From an uncultured Acidobacteriota bacterium (GTDB lineage: Bacteria > Acidobacteriota > Thermoanaerobaculia > UBA5066): DNA of 64,000 nucleotides. A program made the position numbers and the translations under genes. The stretch lies in assembly GCA_963779415.1 (NCBI GenBank), contig CAVZYA010000001.1, forward strand, positions 1,376,001-1,440,000, in the 5' to 3' direction. This document shows positions 50,991 to 60,853 of this stretch, piece by piece. The notes under the pieces were generated by a model, which did no database searches, had not been told where the DNA came from, and was given only the letters and a program-made list of their open reading frames with translations. Numbering within the stretch: position 1 is the stretch's first letter; each line of letters opens with the position of its first letter.

Positions 50991-51028
50991 GGAGTCAGCG
51001 AGCAGACTACAGGTACAAGACCTGACCC
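50991..51028 (+). repeat. copy of the RAYT 3' end plus repeat
   Basis: 34/38 identical to the reverse complement of 14486-14523. Confidence 0.85.
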
Positions 51029-51475
51029 TCTTACCCCGTGAGGTCACGGCGCCCACAACGCACATCCAAGACGTGGACCCTCCACGAAAGTCGCGGTCGG
51101 CCGGGAATCGAGCAGGGGCCGCCCTCCTCCTGATGCATATGCATTCTTAAGAGCCGCCTGATCTGGCCAAGGAATTGCACTTGCCGGTCGGAGCAGAGAG
51201 GAAAAGCACGAGAAGTGTCGTGTTGTGGCCCGGGCACGTCTGAGGAGGCGACAGTTTTTGCCGGTGAAAGAAATCTTTCGTGCCTGCAGGCTACTCGCGG
51301 AGTGTTCAGTGAGGATGGCCTCTCCGCGCATTTCCCGACTGCGACCTGTGTGGTAAATGGCGGGCATCGGATTGAAAGCGTTTCGAAGGATCACATTGCT
51401 CGAATTCATGCTTCCGTTACTGCGACCGCAAACCATCGCATGGCGATCGTCCGATAGGAATCTTCTGGAGGCACG

Positions 51476-53713
51476 ATGAAAATCTTATGCAGAAACGCCC
51501 TTCTCGCTGCATGCATCGTCCCGGTGGCCTCTATGATGCTCTCCCACGAAGGTGACGCCGCATGTCCCTCCTTTCTGAGCGGGAAGTACTTCTCGGCCGG
51601 CACAAACCCGAACGGGGGGGTCTATCCCCAAGCGGTGGCCGTCGGAGATTTCAACGAAGACGGGAAACTGGACGTTATCGTCGCAAACGACTATACGAAC
51701 GAGTTCGCGCTCCTGCTGGGTGATGGTACCGGCGGGTTCGCCCCGCCTGTCCTCTTCTCCACGACTTTGCATCCGCAATCGATCCTCGTCGCGGATTTTA
51801 ATCGTGATGGACACCTGGATGTTGCAATTGCGAGCAATTTCATCAGTGTCGTCTCTATTCACCTTGGTACTGGACAGGGAGGCTTCGGCTCAGCAGCGAA
51901 CTTCGCGGTGTCCGGACCCTCGAAGTCATTGGTCGCAGCAGACCTGAACGGCGACGGACTTTCAGACCTCGCCGTCGTGGGTTCCAGCAGTTTCGTATCG
52001 ATTCTTCTGGGGAATGGTCTCGGAGGTTTCGCACCCCAAGTGAACATTCCGGTGGCAGGTTCCTCCCGGATTCTCGCCGCCGATTTCAACGGCGATCAGA
52101 AGGTCGATCTCGCCCTCCTCTCGGGTGTGGGTGGTTCTCCAGGGTGGATCTACATCCTGACGGGGAATGGCTCAGGGGGCTTTTCGGTGACCGGATCGTT
52201 CTCAGTACTCTATGCCCCCACTGATATGACCATCGCAGACTTCGATGGGAATGGGACGCTGGACATCGTCGTTACATATCGGAGCGAGCCGTATTCCATC
52301 GGACTCTGGCTCGGAGACGGTGCGGGAACGTTCTCGTACGGCGGACAGTATCTCCTTGAGAGCGGAACCGGCATGCCTTTTTCCGTGACAGTCGCCAACC
52401 TGAACGGAGACACGCTTCCGGACGTGCTTGTCGGCTCATTCACGTATACATCGACGACTGACGGTATCACTTCCGCCACGTATCTGACGTCGTTTCTCGG
52501 TAACGCAGCCGGCAGATTCAGTATGAACTCGATCGGAACCGAAGGCGGACCTGCCCCGTGGACGTCTGGCTACCCATACGGAATCGCGGCCGGGGACTTT
52601 AATCAGGACGGCAAGACGGATGCGGTCCTCACCGATCTTGGTAGGGGTATCTGGGTGTTCCTGAACGACACGACACCTTACCCCTGCCAGGCCTTCCCGG
52701 TTCCGGCGGGCATTGCCGAGGATGCGTATGCGAGCGAGGACACGTCGTCTGACATGAACTCCGTCCTGGAACCGGGTGAAACCGTACTGCTCACGACGCG
52801 ATGGAAAAATGTCTTCGCGGGCCCAGTCTCACTGACGGGCACCGCCTCGAACTTCGGCGGCCCGGCCGGAGCTGTGTACACGCTACTGGATGCGACGGCT
52901 GGGTATGGCACGATTCCCCCCGGCGGCTACGGCGATAGTCACCGTTTCGGCCCCTCATACCGGGTGTCCGTCTCGAATCCACCGATCCGCCCAGCCCATC
53001 ACTGGGATGTAACACTCGACGAGACGATCTCCGCAGGTCTCTTGAAGACCTGGACGCTTCACGTCGGCAAGAGCTTCACCGACGTGCCCGTCTCCGACGG
53101 CAGCTATTGCTTCGTCGAGATCCTCCTCCACAACCTGATCACTGCCGGCTGCGGCGGCGGCAACTACTGCCCTGCCAGTGCCGTCACCCGCTGGCAGATG
53201 GCCGTCTTCCTCGCCACCGCCATGGTCGGTCCAACCGGAACCGTTCCCACAACCGGAACCGTTCCCAATGTCGGCGGCTACAACTGCACGCCGGGCGGTG
53301 TCTCCCTCTTCTACGACGTCCCGCCGACGGACGGCGGCTGTAAGTTCATCCATTACATTTATGCCCAGGGGATCACGGGCGGCTGTGGCGACGGGAACTA
53401 CTGCCCTGCCTCAAACATCACCCGCTGGCAAATGGCCGTCTTCCTCACCATGGCCATGGTCGGTCCGGCTGGTTTCGTGCCGACGAGTGGGACTGTCCCG
53501 AACGTTGGCTCCTACAACTGCGACTCGGGCGGCATCTCCCTCTTCGGCGACATCCCACCGACGGACTGGGGTTGCAAGTACATCCACTACATCTACGCGG
53601 GTGGCGTGACCGCCGGCTGCGGCGGCGGCAACTACTGCCCCGCAAGCAACGTCACCCGCTGGCAGATGGCGCCGTTCCTCGTCACCGCCTTCCAGATCCC
53701 TCTTCTTTACTGA
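51476..53713 (+). CDS. exported FG-GAP repeat protein with three Cys-rich SLH-like repeats
   Basis: DFNxDGxxD repeats; GCGGGNYCPAS.VTRWQMA x3; visibly more A/T-rich codons. Confidence 0.85.
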   Translation: MKILCRNALLAACIVPVASMMLSHEGDAACPSFLSGKYFSAGTNPNGGVYPQAVAVGDFNEDGKLDVIVANDYTNEFALLLGDGTGGFAPPVLFSTTLHPQSILVADFNRDGHLDVAIASNFISVVSIHLGTGQGGFGSAANFAVSGPSKSLVAADLNGDGLSDLAVVGSSSFVSILLGNGLGGFAPQVNIPVAGSSRILAADFNGDQKVDLALLSGVGGSPGWIYILTGNGSGGFSVTGSFSVLYAPTDMTIADFDGNGTLDIVVTYRSEPYSIGLWLGDGAGTFSYGGQYLLESGTGMPFSVTVANLNGDTLPDVLVGSFTYTSTTDGITSATYLTSFLGNAAGRFSMNSIGTEGGPAPWTSGYPYGIAAGDFNQDGKTDAVLTDLGRGIWVFLNDTTPYPCQAFPVPAGIAEDAYASEDTSSDMNSVLEPGETVLLTTRWKNVFAGPVSLTGTASNFGGPAGAVYTLLDATAGYGTIPPGGYGDSHRFGPSYRVSVSNPPIRPAHHWDVTLDETISAGLLKTWTLHVGKSFTDVPVSDGSYCFVEILLHNLITAGCGGGNYCPASAVTRWQMAVFLATAMVGPTGTVPTTGTVPNVGGYNCTPGGVSLFYDVPPTDGGCKFIHYIYAQGITGGCGDGNYCPASNITRWQMAVFLTMAMVGPAGFVPTSGTVPNVGSYNCDSGGISLFGDIPPTDWGCKYIHYIYAGGVTAGCGGGNYCPASNVTRWQMAPFLVTAFQIPLLY

Positions 53714-53740
53714 AAGGTGTACTGGAGGAGAGGAGAGGTC

Positions 53741-53771
53741 CGTATAATTGGGGTCCGACCCCTATTGTACG
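53741..53771. repeat. hairpin with REP core GGGGTC-C-GACCCC between convergent genes
   Basis: CGTATAATTGGGGTC-C-GACCCCTATTGTACG. Confidence 0.7.
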
Positions 53772-53802
53772 AGTAGCCGGCCCGTCCGATCGGCGGCCGG
53801 GA

Positions 53803-54366
53803 TCAGAACTGGATGCCGAACGTGACGGGAATGCTGACGAGGCCCTTCCCCTGCACCCTGAAATAGACCCCGTTGGCCTCCACGAAGAACCACTTCGTCG
53901 AAAAGCCGGCTCCGGCGTTGTACGAGATGTTCGATTCCGTCCCGGTCACGGTCCCGCAGCCGGGGCACCGCGTTTCCCCGCGAAGGCTCCGGGAGCCGAG
54001 CCCCAGGTCGACGTAGAGGCCGTCGGCTTCCTTCCCCAGCAGCCGGATCGCCACGTTCGCGTCGAAGCCGAAGAGCGTGCTGCTGCCGATCGCGGTGCTG
54101 GACGGATCCGACGTCTTGGGAGGGTTCTGGCCGTAGTAGCCCGCTCCCCTCACTCCGATGAAGAAGGACGACGGAAACCAGAGAGCCCGGACGGCCGTGC
54201 TCCAGCCCGACTTGTAGGAGTCAAAGAAAGTCCCCGTCACGATCGTCGTCCCACCCCCGATGCCGAGCTTGAAATCGTCGGCCGACGCCGGGTGCGCGAG
54301 CGTCAGGGCGAGCAGGACGACGGATGCCGGGACGAGAGGATTCCGAAGGCACGATCTTCGTCTCAC
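53803..54366 (-). CDS. outer-membrane beta-barrel protein
   Basis: Signal peptide; amphipathic strands; C-terminal IPVTFGIQF. Confidence 0.75.
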   Translation of the reverse strand: MRRRSCLRNPLVPASVVLLALTLAHPASADDFKLGIGGGTTIVTGTFFDSYKSGWSTAVRALWFPSSFFIGVRGAGYYGQNPPKTSDPSSTAIGSSTLFGFDANVAIRLLGKEADGLYVDLGLGSRSLRGETRCPGCGTVTGTESNISYNAGAGFSTKWFFVEANGVYFRVQGKGLVSIPVTFGIQF

Positions 54367-54938
54367 GGAATGGAGATCCTTCCTCCGACGAGCAGGATGG
54401 AGAAGTTCACACCCGGATTGTTCTCGCCGAAGTTCGCGTTGGAGATGTGGACCCAGCGCCAGCCGACGACGGTCGACCACGTCTTGCCTGTCTTCACCGC
54501 GATCCCGACGCCGGCCTGAACGAGGAAATTGAGCGCGGTTCCGGAAGGGGGTACGCGATCCGTCGAGCCGCAGAGGCCGAGGGCGAGTTCCGTGTAAGGC
54601 GCGATCCGGTCTCCCGTCTCCACCGGGAACCACCGCAGGATGCCGTCGCCGGCGAAGGCGACCGTCGTCTGGCGGTCCGTCCCGCCCTTCGTTCGCGGCT
54701 GTTCGATCCATAAGACGGGGTGCAGCTCGCCCCCCAGCTCCACCCGGGGGCCGAGCCTCCAGACCGCCTCGAGGTTCGGGACGAGCGTCTCCGAGAAGCC
54801 GTCGGGCGACGGGGAGAAGCTCTGCCCCGCCATCAGGGAAAACGAAACGCTCCTCGTCGCGACGGGCCACGCCCCTTCGTCGGCCGCTCCGGCAATGCCC
54901 GGCAGGAGCAGGAACGCGAGGAGCGGTCGAACTCCCAC
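54363..54938 (-). CDS. PagL-like lipid A 3-O-deacylase / acyloxyacyl hydrolase
   Basis: NFLVQAGVG, RWVHISNA..NPGVNF. Confidence 0.8.
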   Translation of the reverse strand: MGVRPLLAFLLLPGIAGAADEGAWPVATRSVSFSLMAGQSFSPSPDGFSETLVPNLEAVWRLGPRVELGGELHPVLWIEQPRTKGGTDRQTTVAFAGDGILRWFPVETGDRIAPYTELALGLCGSTDRVPPSGTALNFLVQAGVGIAVKTGKTWSTVVGWRWVHISNANFGENNPGVNFSILLVGGRISIP

Positions 54939-54963
54939 GTCCCCATTATTTTCCGCTCGGGCC

Positions 54964-55794
54964 TCACTTCGCGAATTCGGCGAGCTTTCGGAGGCGGAAG
55001 CCGGGGTCGCTCTCGAAGTCGCGACGCAGCCAGCCGAGGTGGCCGGCGCCGAAGATCGCGAGGATTCGCTCGCCGGGTGAGTCGACGAGCGCGGTGATGT
55101 TGGCGTAGATCCGCATGTTCCGCCGGAACCAGTCGGCAACGAGGTCGGCGCCGGCCCAGTTTCCCGGCTCGCTGAAGTGCGCCTGCCGATAGTAGAAGCC
55201 GACGTCCGCGGCCACCTTGTCGTCGGCGTTCATGTAGAGCAGCGTTTCGAGCACGGTGTGGGACGCGAGGTACTGGTTCTGCGCCTTCACCGTCTCGCCG
55301 ATCTCGGCGAGGAGTGTGTCGAGTTCCTTCTCGCGGCCGTGGGCTTTCGCGTAGTCCAGGAGGCGCGGGAACGGGAACTCGGCGGGCTCGTCGACCGCGT
55401 AGACGGCCTTCTGGTCCAGCTCTTTGGCCAGCCGGAACCCGATCTGCTCGGTCTCGTCGCGCGTGAGCCCGTGCGTGCCCGCGAGATAGTCCGCGTAGCG
55501 CTTCGCGACGCGGTCGTCGCCCGCCTCGGCCTCCACCGCGATCTTCGTCGGACGGAACCTCTTCAGGGCCGCGACGAGCGCCGCGATCTCGGCCTGCCGT
55601 CCGGGGGCGAGGACGTCGTCGGCTTTCATGTTGAAGACGTCGCGCCCGGGATTCGCCATGTGGTAGACGCCGAGCACCAGCACCTCCGCGCGCACGGCTG
55701 GGGTCCCGGGCCTTTCCGTCGCGGCCGCCTGCGCCCACGCGCCGTTTGCGGTCCCCATTGCCAGCGCGGCGAGAACGACGAGTCGATTCACCAT
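54964..55794 (-). CDS. DUF5694-type exported protein
   Basis: VLVLGVYHMANP, FRPTKIAVE, QIGFRLAK, WFRRNMRI, FGAGH. Confidence 0.75.
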   Translation of the reverse strand: MVNRLVVLAALAMGTANGAWAQAAATERPGTPAVRAEVLVLGVYHMANPGRDVFNMKADDVLAPGRQAEIAALVAALKRFRPTKIAVEAEAGDDRVAKRYADYLAGTHGLTRDETEQIGFRLAKELDQKAVYAVDEPAEFPFPRLLDYAKAHGREKELDTLLAEIGETVKAQNQYLASHTVLETLLYMNADDKVAADVGFYYRQAHFSEPGNWAGADLVADWFRRNMRIYANITALVDSPGERILAIFGAGHLGWLRRDFESDPGFRLRKLAEFAK

Positions 55795-55910
55795 TCGCAA
55801 GCTCCTTTCGCTCCGGTCTTCCGACAGGAACGGATTCTGCGCGGGAAAGGTTCCCGGGAGCCCCGCCGGGCGGGAACCGCCGCGTTATCCTTCCGACCTT
55901 CGGAGGATTC

Positions 55911-58193
55911 ATGCGCACATTTCGGTGGAGTCCCTGTGCTCTTCTCGCCCTTCTCTTCGCCCTCGGTCCGGCGCGCCTGGCGGACGCCGCGGAGACGGCG
56001 CCTCCGGCCCCGCTCCTCGGCTTCGACGCGGCGGGCTCCGCCGCCGAGCGTGCTCTCGAGAAGACCTTCGATGCGAGCCTCGACCCTTCGGAGCAGCGAG
56101 CCTGGATGAAACGCCTCACGGCACGTCCGCACCACGTGGGATCGGCGTACGACAGGGAGAACGCCGGGTTCCTCGCGTCCCTTTTCGGGTCCTTCGGCTT
56201 CGAGACGCGGATCGAGGAGTTCACGATCCTCTTCCCGGTGCCGAAGACCCGCGTCCTGGAGATGGTCGCGCCGTCGCCGTTCACGGCGTCTCTCGACGAG
56301 CCCGCGCTTCCCGAGGACGCGACGTCAGGGCAGAAGGACGAGCAGCTTCCGGTCTACAACGCGTACTCCATCGACGGGGAGGTGACCGCCGAGGTCGTCT
56401 ACGTGAACTACGGCATGCCGAAGGACTACGAAGAGCTCGAGGCGCGCGGCGTGGACGTCCGGGGCCGGATCGTCCTCGCGCGCTACGGGGGCTCGTGGCG
56501 CGGCATCAAGCCGAAGGTGGCCTTCGAGCACGGGGCCGTGGGCTGCCTCATCTACTCCGATCCGCGGGACGACGGCTACTTCCAGGGCGACGAGTACCCG
56601 AAGGGCGCGTTCCGCAACGAGTCCGGCGCGCAGCGCGGATCGGTCGCGGACATGCCGGTCTTCCCGGGCGACCCGCTCACGCCCGGCGTGGGTGCGACGA
56701 AGGACCAGAAGCGCCTCGACCGCAAGGAGGCGCCGACGATCACGAAGATCCCCGTTCTGCCGATCTCGTGGGCCGACGCGCTTCCCTTCCTGAAAGCTCT
56801 CTCGGGTCCCGTCGCGCCCGAGGCGTGGCGCGGCGCGCTGCCCGTCACGTATCACCTCGGGCCCGGCCCCGCGAAGGCTCACCTGAAGCTCGCGTTCGAC
56901 TGGCGGATGGAGACGGTGCGCGACGTCCTCGCGGTGATGAAGGGCTCGGAGCTTCCGGACGAGTGGATCCTGCGGGGGAACCACTACGACGCGTGGGTGA
57001 ACGGCGCGCAGGACCCGATCAGCGGCCTCGTGGCCGAGCTGTCCGAGGCGAAGGCGCTCGGCGCGCTCGCGAAGGCCGGCTGGAAGCCGAGGCGCACGAT
57101 CGTGTACGCGGCGTGGGACGGCGAGGAGCCGGGTCTCCTCGGCTCCACGGAGTGGGTCGAGACGCACGCCGCCGAGCTTTCGAAAAAGGCGGTCGTGTAT
57201 CTGAACACGGACAGCAACGGCCGCGGGTTCCTCGGCGCGGGAGGCTCTCACACTCTCGAACGGCTCGTGGACGAAGTCGCGCGCGACGTCGTCGACCCCG
57301 AGACGAAGGTGAGCATCGCCGAACGGCAGCGTGCGCGCCGGCTCGTGCGGGGCTCCCCCGAGTCGAGGAAAGAGGCGAAGGAGCATCCGGGGCTGAGGCT
57401 CGAGGCGCTGGGCTCCGGATCGGACTACTCGCCCTTCCTCCAGCATCTCGGCATCGCGTCCCTCGACCTCGGTTTCGGCGGGGAGTCGGCCGGCGGCTCG
57501 TACCATTCCATCTACGATTCCTTCGACCACTTCATCCGCTTCGGCGATCCGGAGTTCTCGTATGGCGTGACGCTCTCGAAGACGGCGGGCCGCGTCGTCC
57601 TGCGCCTCGCGAACGCCGGAGCGCTCCCGTTCGCGTTCGATCCCCTCGCCGAGACCGTGGCGCGGTACGCGAAGGAGGTCGCAACGCTCGCGGACGAGCT
57701 GCGCGAGAGGACCGAGGACGTCAACCGCAACATCGCCGCGAAGAGCTTCGAGCTCGCCGCGGACCCGACAAAGACGTTCGTGGCGCCGAAGCCGAAGGCC
57801 AGCGTGCCGTTCCTGAACTTCGCGCCCCTCCAGAACGCCGTCACCGCGCTGAAGAAGAGCGCGGCCCGATACGACCAGGCCGGGAAAGGGCGCCGGCCGC
57901 CCTCCACGGCCAAGGCGAACAAGGCGCTGGACGAAGCGCTCTACACGACCGAGCGCGCACTGGTGCGGAAAGAGGGCCTTCCACTCCGGCCCTGGTACGT
58001 CCACCAGCTCTACGCGCCGGGCTTCTACACGGGCTACGGCGTCAAGACCCTTCCGGGCATCCGCGAAGCCATCGAAGAGCGCCGCTTCGAGGAGGCGCAG
58101 AGGCAGATCGCCGCCGCCTCCGAGGCGATCGAGGCCTGTGCGGCGCGGATCGACTCGGCCGCAGCGCTGCTCGCAGGCGCGCCGGCCGACTGA
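55911..58193 (+). CDS. M28 glutamate carboxypeptidase II-like peptidase (PA and TfR dimerisation domains)
   Basis: GNHYDAW, GAQDP, WDGEE.GLLGSTEW, GSGSDY, YHSIYD. Confidence 0.92.
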   Translation: MRTFRWSPCALLALLFALGPARLADAAETAPPAPLLGFDAAGSAAERALEKTFDASLDPSEQRAWMKRLTARPHHVGSAYDRENAGFLASLFGSFGFETRIEEFTILFPVPKTRVLEMVAPSPFTASLDEPALPEDATSGQKDEQLPVYNAYSIDGEVTAEVVYVNYGMPKDYEELEARGVDVRGRIVLARYGGSWRGIKPKVAFEHGAVGCLIYSDPRDDGYFQGDEYPKGAFRNESGAQRGSVADMPVFPGDPLTPGVGATKDQKRLDRKEAPTITKIPVLPISWADALPFLKALSGPVAPEAWRGALPVTYHLGPGPAKAHLKLAFDWRMETVRDVLAVMKGSELPDEWILRGNHYDAWVNGAQDPISGLVAELSEAKALGALAKAGWKPRRTIVYAAWDGEEPGLLGSTEWVETHAAELSKKAVVYLNTDSNGRGFLGAGGSHTLERLVDEVARDVVDPETKVSIAERQRARRLVRGSPESRKEAKEHPGLRLEALGSGSDYSPFLQHLGIASLDLGFGGESAGGSYHSIYDSFDHFIRFGDPEFSYGVTLSKTAGRVVLRLANAGALPFAFDPLAETVARYAKEVATLADELRERTEDVNRNIAAKSFELAADPTKTFVAPKPKASVPFLNFAPLQNAVTALKKSAARYDQAGKGRRPPSTAKANKALDEALYTTERALVRKEGLPLRPWYVHQLYAPGFYTGYGVKTLPGIREAIEERRFEEAQRQIAAASEAIEACAARIDSAAALLAGAPAD

Positions 58194-58312
58194 AGACGAG
58201 AGACGGCGGTCAGGGCCCGCCCTCCGTCCCTTCAGCCGTGTAGCATGCTCCGCTCCGTGGAACGGATCCTCCGCACGTGGACCATCACGTTTCCGGTGGT
58301 AGGTGCCCGCCC

Positions 58313-59197
58313 ATGTTGACCATCTCCGGAGTGTCGAAGAGGTTCTCGAACGGCGTTTACGGCATCCAGGACCTTTCCCTGGACGTCGAAGGCGGAGTCC
58401 TGGGCCTCCTCGGCCCGAACGGCGCCGGCAAGACGACCCTGATGCAGATGATCGCCACGCTCACGAAGCCCACGGCGGGGCGCATTTCGTTCCAGGGGAT
58501 CGACGCCGCCCGCGACCCCGAGGCGATCCGGGCGCGCCTGGGATACCTCCCGCAGGACTTCGGCGTCTACGAGAACCTCACGGCGTTCGAGATCCTCGAC
58601 TACCTCGCTCGGCTGAAGGGCGTGAGAAGCAAGAGCCGCATCCTTTCCATGCTCGAGGTCGTGAACCTCCATGCCGTCGCGCACCGCGCGGTCGGGACGT
58701 TTTCGGGCGGCATGCGGCAGCGCCTCGGCATCGCGCAGGCCCTCATCGGCGAGCCCGAGCTTCTCATTGTGGATGAGCCGACCGCGGGACTCGACCCCGA
58801 GGAGCGGGTCCGCTTCCGGAACGTCCTTTCGGAGCTGGGCTTCGGGAAGCTCGTGCTGCTCTCCACTCACATCGTCTCGGACATCGAGTCGATCGCGAGC
58901 ACCATCGCCGTCGTGAAGGCGGGCCGCCTCGTGGCGCACGACACGCCCGAGGGCCTCCTCGGCAAGGCCGCCGGCTCGGCCTGGGAGGCGGTCATGCCTT
59001 CGGAGGAGTTCGAGCGGGTGCGCCCGACGCTGACCGTGTCGAACGCCGTGCGGAAGCCGGACGGCGTCCACCTCCGCCTCGTCGCGGCCAGCGCGCCGGT
59101 GGCGGGTGCCGTGGCGGTCGAGCCCAACCTCGAGGACGCCTATCTTTTCCTGATGAGGACAGCGGGCGGCCCGGCCGCGGACGTGCGCGCGGCATGA
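58313..59197 (+). CDS. ABC transporter ATP-binding protein
   Basis: GPNGAGKTT, FSGGMRQR, VDEPTAGLDP. Confidence 0.92.
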   Translation: MLTISGVSKRFSNGVYGIQDLSLDVEGGVLGLLGPNGAGKTTLMQMIATLTKPTAGRISFQGIDAARDPEAIRARLGYLPQDFGVYENLTAFEILDYLARLKGVRSKSRILSMLEVVNLHAVAHRAVGTFSGGMRQRLGIAQALIGEPELLIVDEPTAGLDPEERVRFRNVLSELGFGKLVLLSTHIVSDIESIASTIAVVKAGRLVAHDTPEGLLGKAAGSAWEAVMPSEEFERVRPTLTVSNAVRKPDGVHLRLVAASAPVAGAVAVEPNLEDAYLFLMRTAGGPAADVRAA

Positions 59198-60795
59198 GCC
59201 CGGTTCGCGTCCTGGCGGTCGCGCGGAGCGATGCCCGGGCACGCATGCGGCGTCCCGTTTTGGCGTTCCTCCTCGTCGCCGTCCCACTTCTCGTCTACGT
59301 CGCCATACCGGACCCGCGCACGGGACGGGGGATCCTCGAGATCGAGAAGGCGCGCGCCCTCTACACGTCGCCGGCTCTCGCCTTCGCGACGGCCGGGCTC
59401 CTCCCCTTCCTCCTCGCCCTCTTCGGCTTCTACCTCGTGAACGGAGCCCTCGAGAACGACCGCCTCACGGGGATGGGGCTCGTCGCCGGCTCCACTCCGG
59501 TCTCCGATGCCGAGTACCTTCTCGGCAAGCTTCTCGGGAACATCACCCTGCTCGCCGCCGTGACCTTCGGCTTCATGACGAGCGCCATGGCCATGCACCT
59601 CGTCCGCGGAGAAGGGCCGCTCCAGCCCCTGGTCTACCTAGCGCACTACGCGGTCCTGGTCGGCCCCTCCCTCGTCAGCGTGGCCGCCCTGGCTCTCTTC
59701 TTCGAGTGCGTCCCCGCCCTTTCCGGCCGCGGGGGCGACGTTCTCTACTTCTTCGTCCTCACCGGGGCGATCCCGCTGTCGGTCGAGCCCTGGCGAGCGC
59801 CCGGCACCACCGGGATCTCGCCGGGCGCCTTCTTCGATTTCTCGGGGCTCGCCTTCGTCATGCGGGAGGTGGCGCGGTCGGCCGGCACGACCCACTTCTC
59901 GCTGCACCTCGGCTCGTCCGAGGTCACCCGGGCGACGACGACGTTTCCGGGCCTGAGCTTCACGCTCGATTCCCTGGCCGTGAGGGCGGCGTCCCTGGCC
60001 CTTCCCGCGCTTCTCTTCGGGGCGTCCGTCGTCGCATTCCGGCGCTTCGACCCGTCGCGCGAGAGGGCGAAGCGCTCCTCACCCAAGCAGGGCCCGATTG
60101 CCTTTCTCAACTCCCTGGCACGCCCGGTGACCTCGCGCCTCCTCGCGCTCGCGGGACGGCCGGGCCGCGAGCATCCCGAACGCGCGCCTGGCTTCGGCCG
60201 TTTCCTCACCGCGGACGCCACCTTGACGCTGCGTCTCCAACCGGTCCTCGTCCCCACGGCCCTCGCCGGGGCCGTCCTCTCGTTCAGTCTGAAAACAGAC
60301 GGCGTCATGCGCGTCCTCCTGCCGGTCCTCTTCGCGCTCCTCGCCGCCACCCTCTCCGAGGTGTCGACCCGCGACGAAGCCGCCGGAGTCTCGAACGTCG
60401 TCTTCGCGGCGCCGCGCGTGCGCGCCCGCTTCGCCCTCTGGAAGCTCGCCTCCGCCACGGTCGTGGCGCTCGTCCTGACGGGCCCGCCGGCCCTCCGGCT
60501 CGCTTTCTCGCGGCCGGCCGCGGCCCTCTCGGTCCTCCTCGGGACGCTCGTGGCCGCGTCGCTCGCGGTTCTCCTCGGCCTCGCGACGGGAACGCCGAAG
60601 ACCTTCCTCGTCCTCTACCTCGCCTTCTGGTACGTCGTCCTGAACGACGGCGGGCACGCGCCCGCCCTCGATTTCGCCGGCTGGTACGGGCTCGCCACCC
60701 CGGGCGTCCAGGCCGCGTACTTCGCGGCCCTGATCCTGATGGCGGCTGCGGCCTCGGCCGTTCAGGCGGCGAAGAACCGGCGGCACTCCGGCTGA
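59194..60795 (+). CDS. ABC-2 type permease-like membrane protein
   Basis: Many TMs; STPVSDAEYLLGKL; translationally coupled to the ATPase. Confidence 0.8.
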   Translation: MSPVRVLAVARSDARARMRRPVLAFLLVAVPLLVYVAIPDPRTGRGILEIEKARALYTSPALAFATAGLLPFLLALFGFYLVNGALENDRLTGMGLVAGSTPVSDAEYLLGKLLGNITLLAAVTFGFMTSAMAMHLVRGEGPLQPLVYLAHYAVLVGPSLVSVAALALFFECVPALSGRGGDVLYFFVLTGAIPLSVEPWRAPGTTGISPGAFFDFSGLAFVMREVARSAGTTHFSLHLGSSEVTRATTTFPGLSFTLDSLAVRAASLALPALLFGASVVAFRRFDPSRERAKRSSPKQGPIAFLNSLARPVTSRLLALAGRPGREHPERAPGFGRFLTADATLTLRLQPVLVPTALAGAVLSFSLKTDGVMRVLLPVLFALLAATLSEVSTRDEAAGVSNVVFAAPRVRARFALWKLASATVVALVLTGPPALRLAFSRPAAALSVLLGTLVAASLAVLLGLATGTPKTFLVLYLAFWYVVLNDGGHAPALDFAGWYGLATPGVQAAYFAALILMAAAASAVQAAKNRRHSG

Positions 60796-60799
60796 GTCG

Positions 60800-60853
60800 A
60801 GTGCTCCGGGGTCAAGTGCTCCGGGGTCAGGTCTTGCAGCTCTAGTCTGCTCG
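60800..60853 (-). repeat. REP copy with 2x15-bp tandem (minus strand TGACCCCGGAGCACT)
   Basis: AGTGCTCCGGGGTCA x2 then GGTCTTGCAGCTCTAGTCTGCTCG. Confidence 0.85.

Noticed and set aside
3334-60853. Repeats as integron attC sites
   Set aside because: No RYYYAAC...GTTRRRY ends, no IntI, and flanked genes are in mixed orientation.
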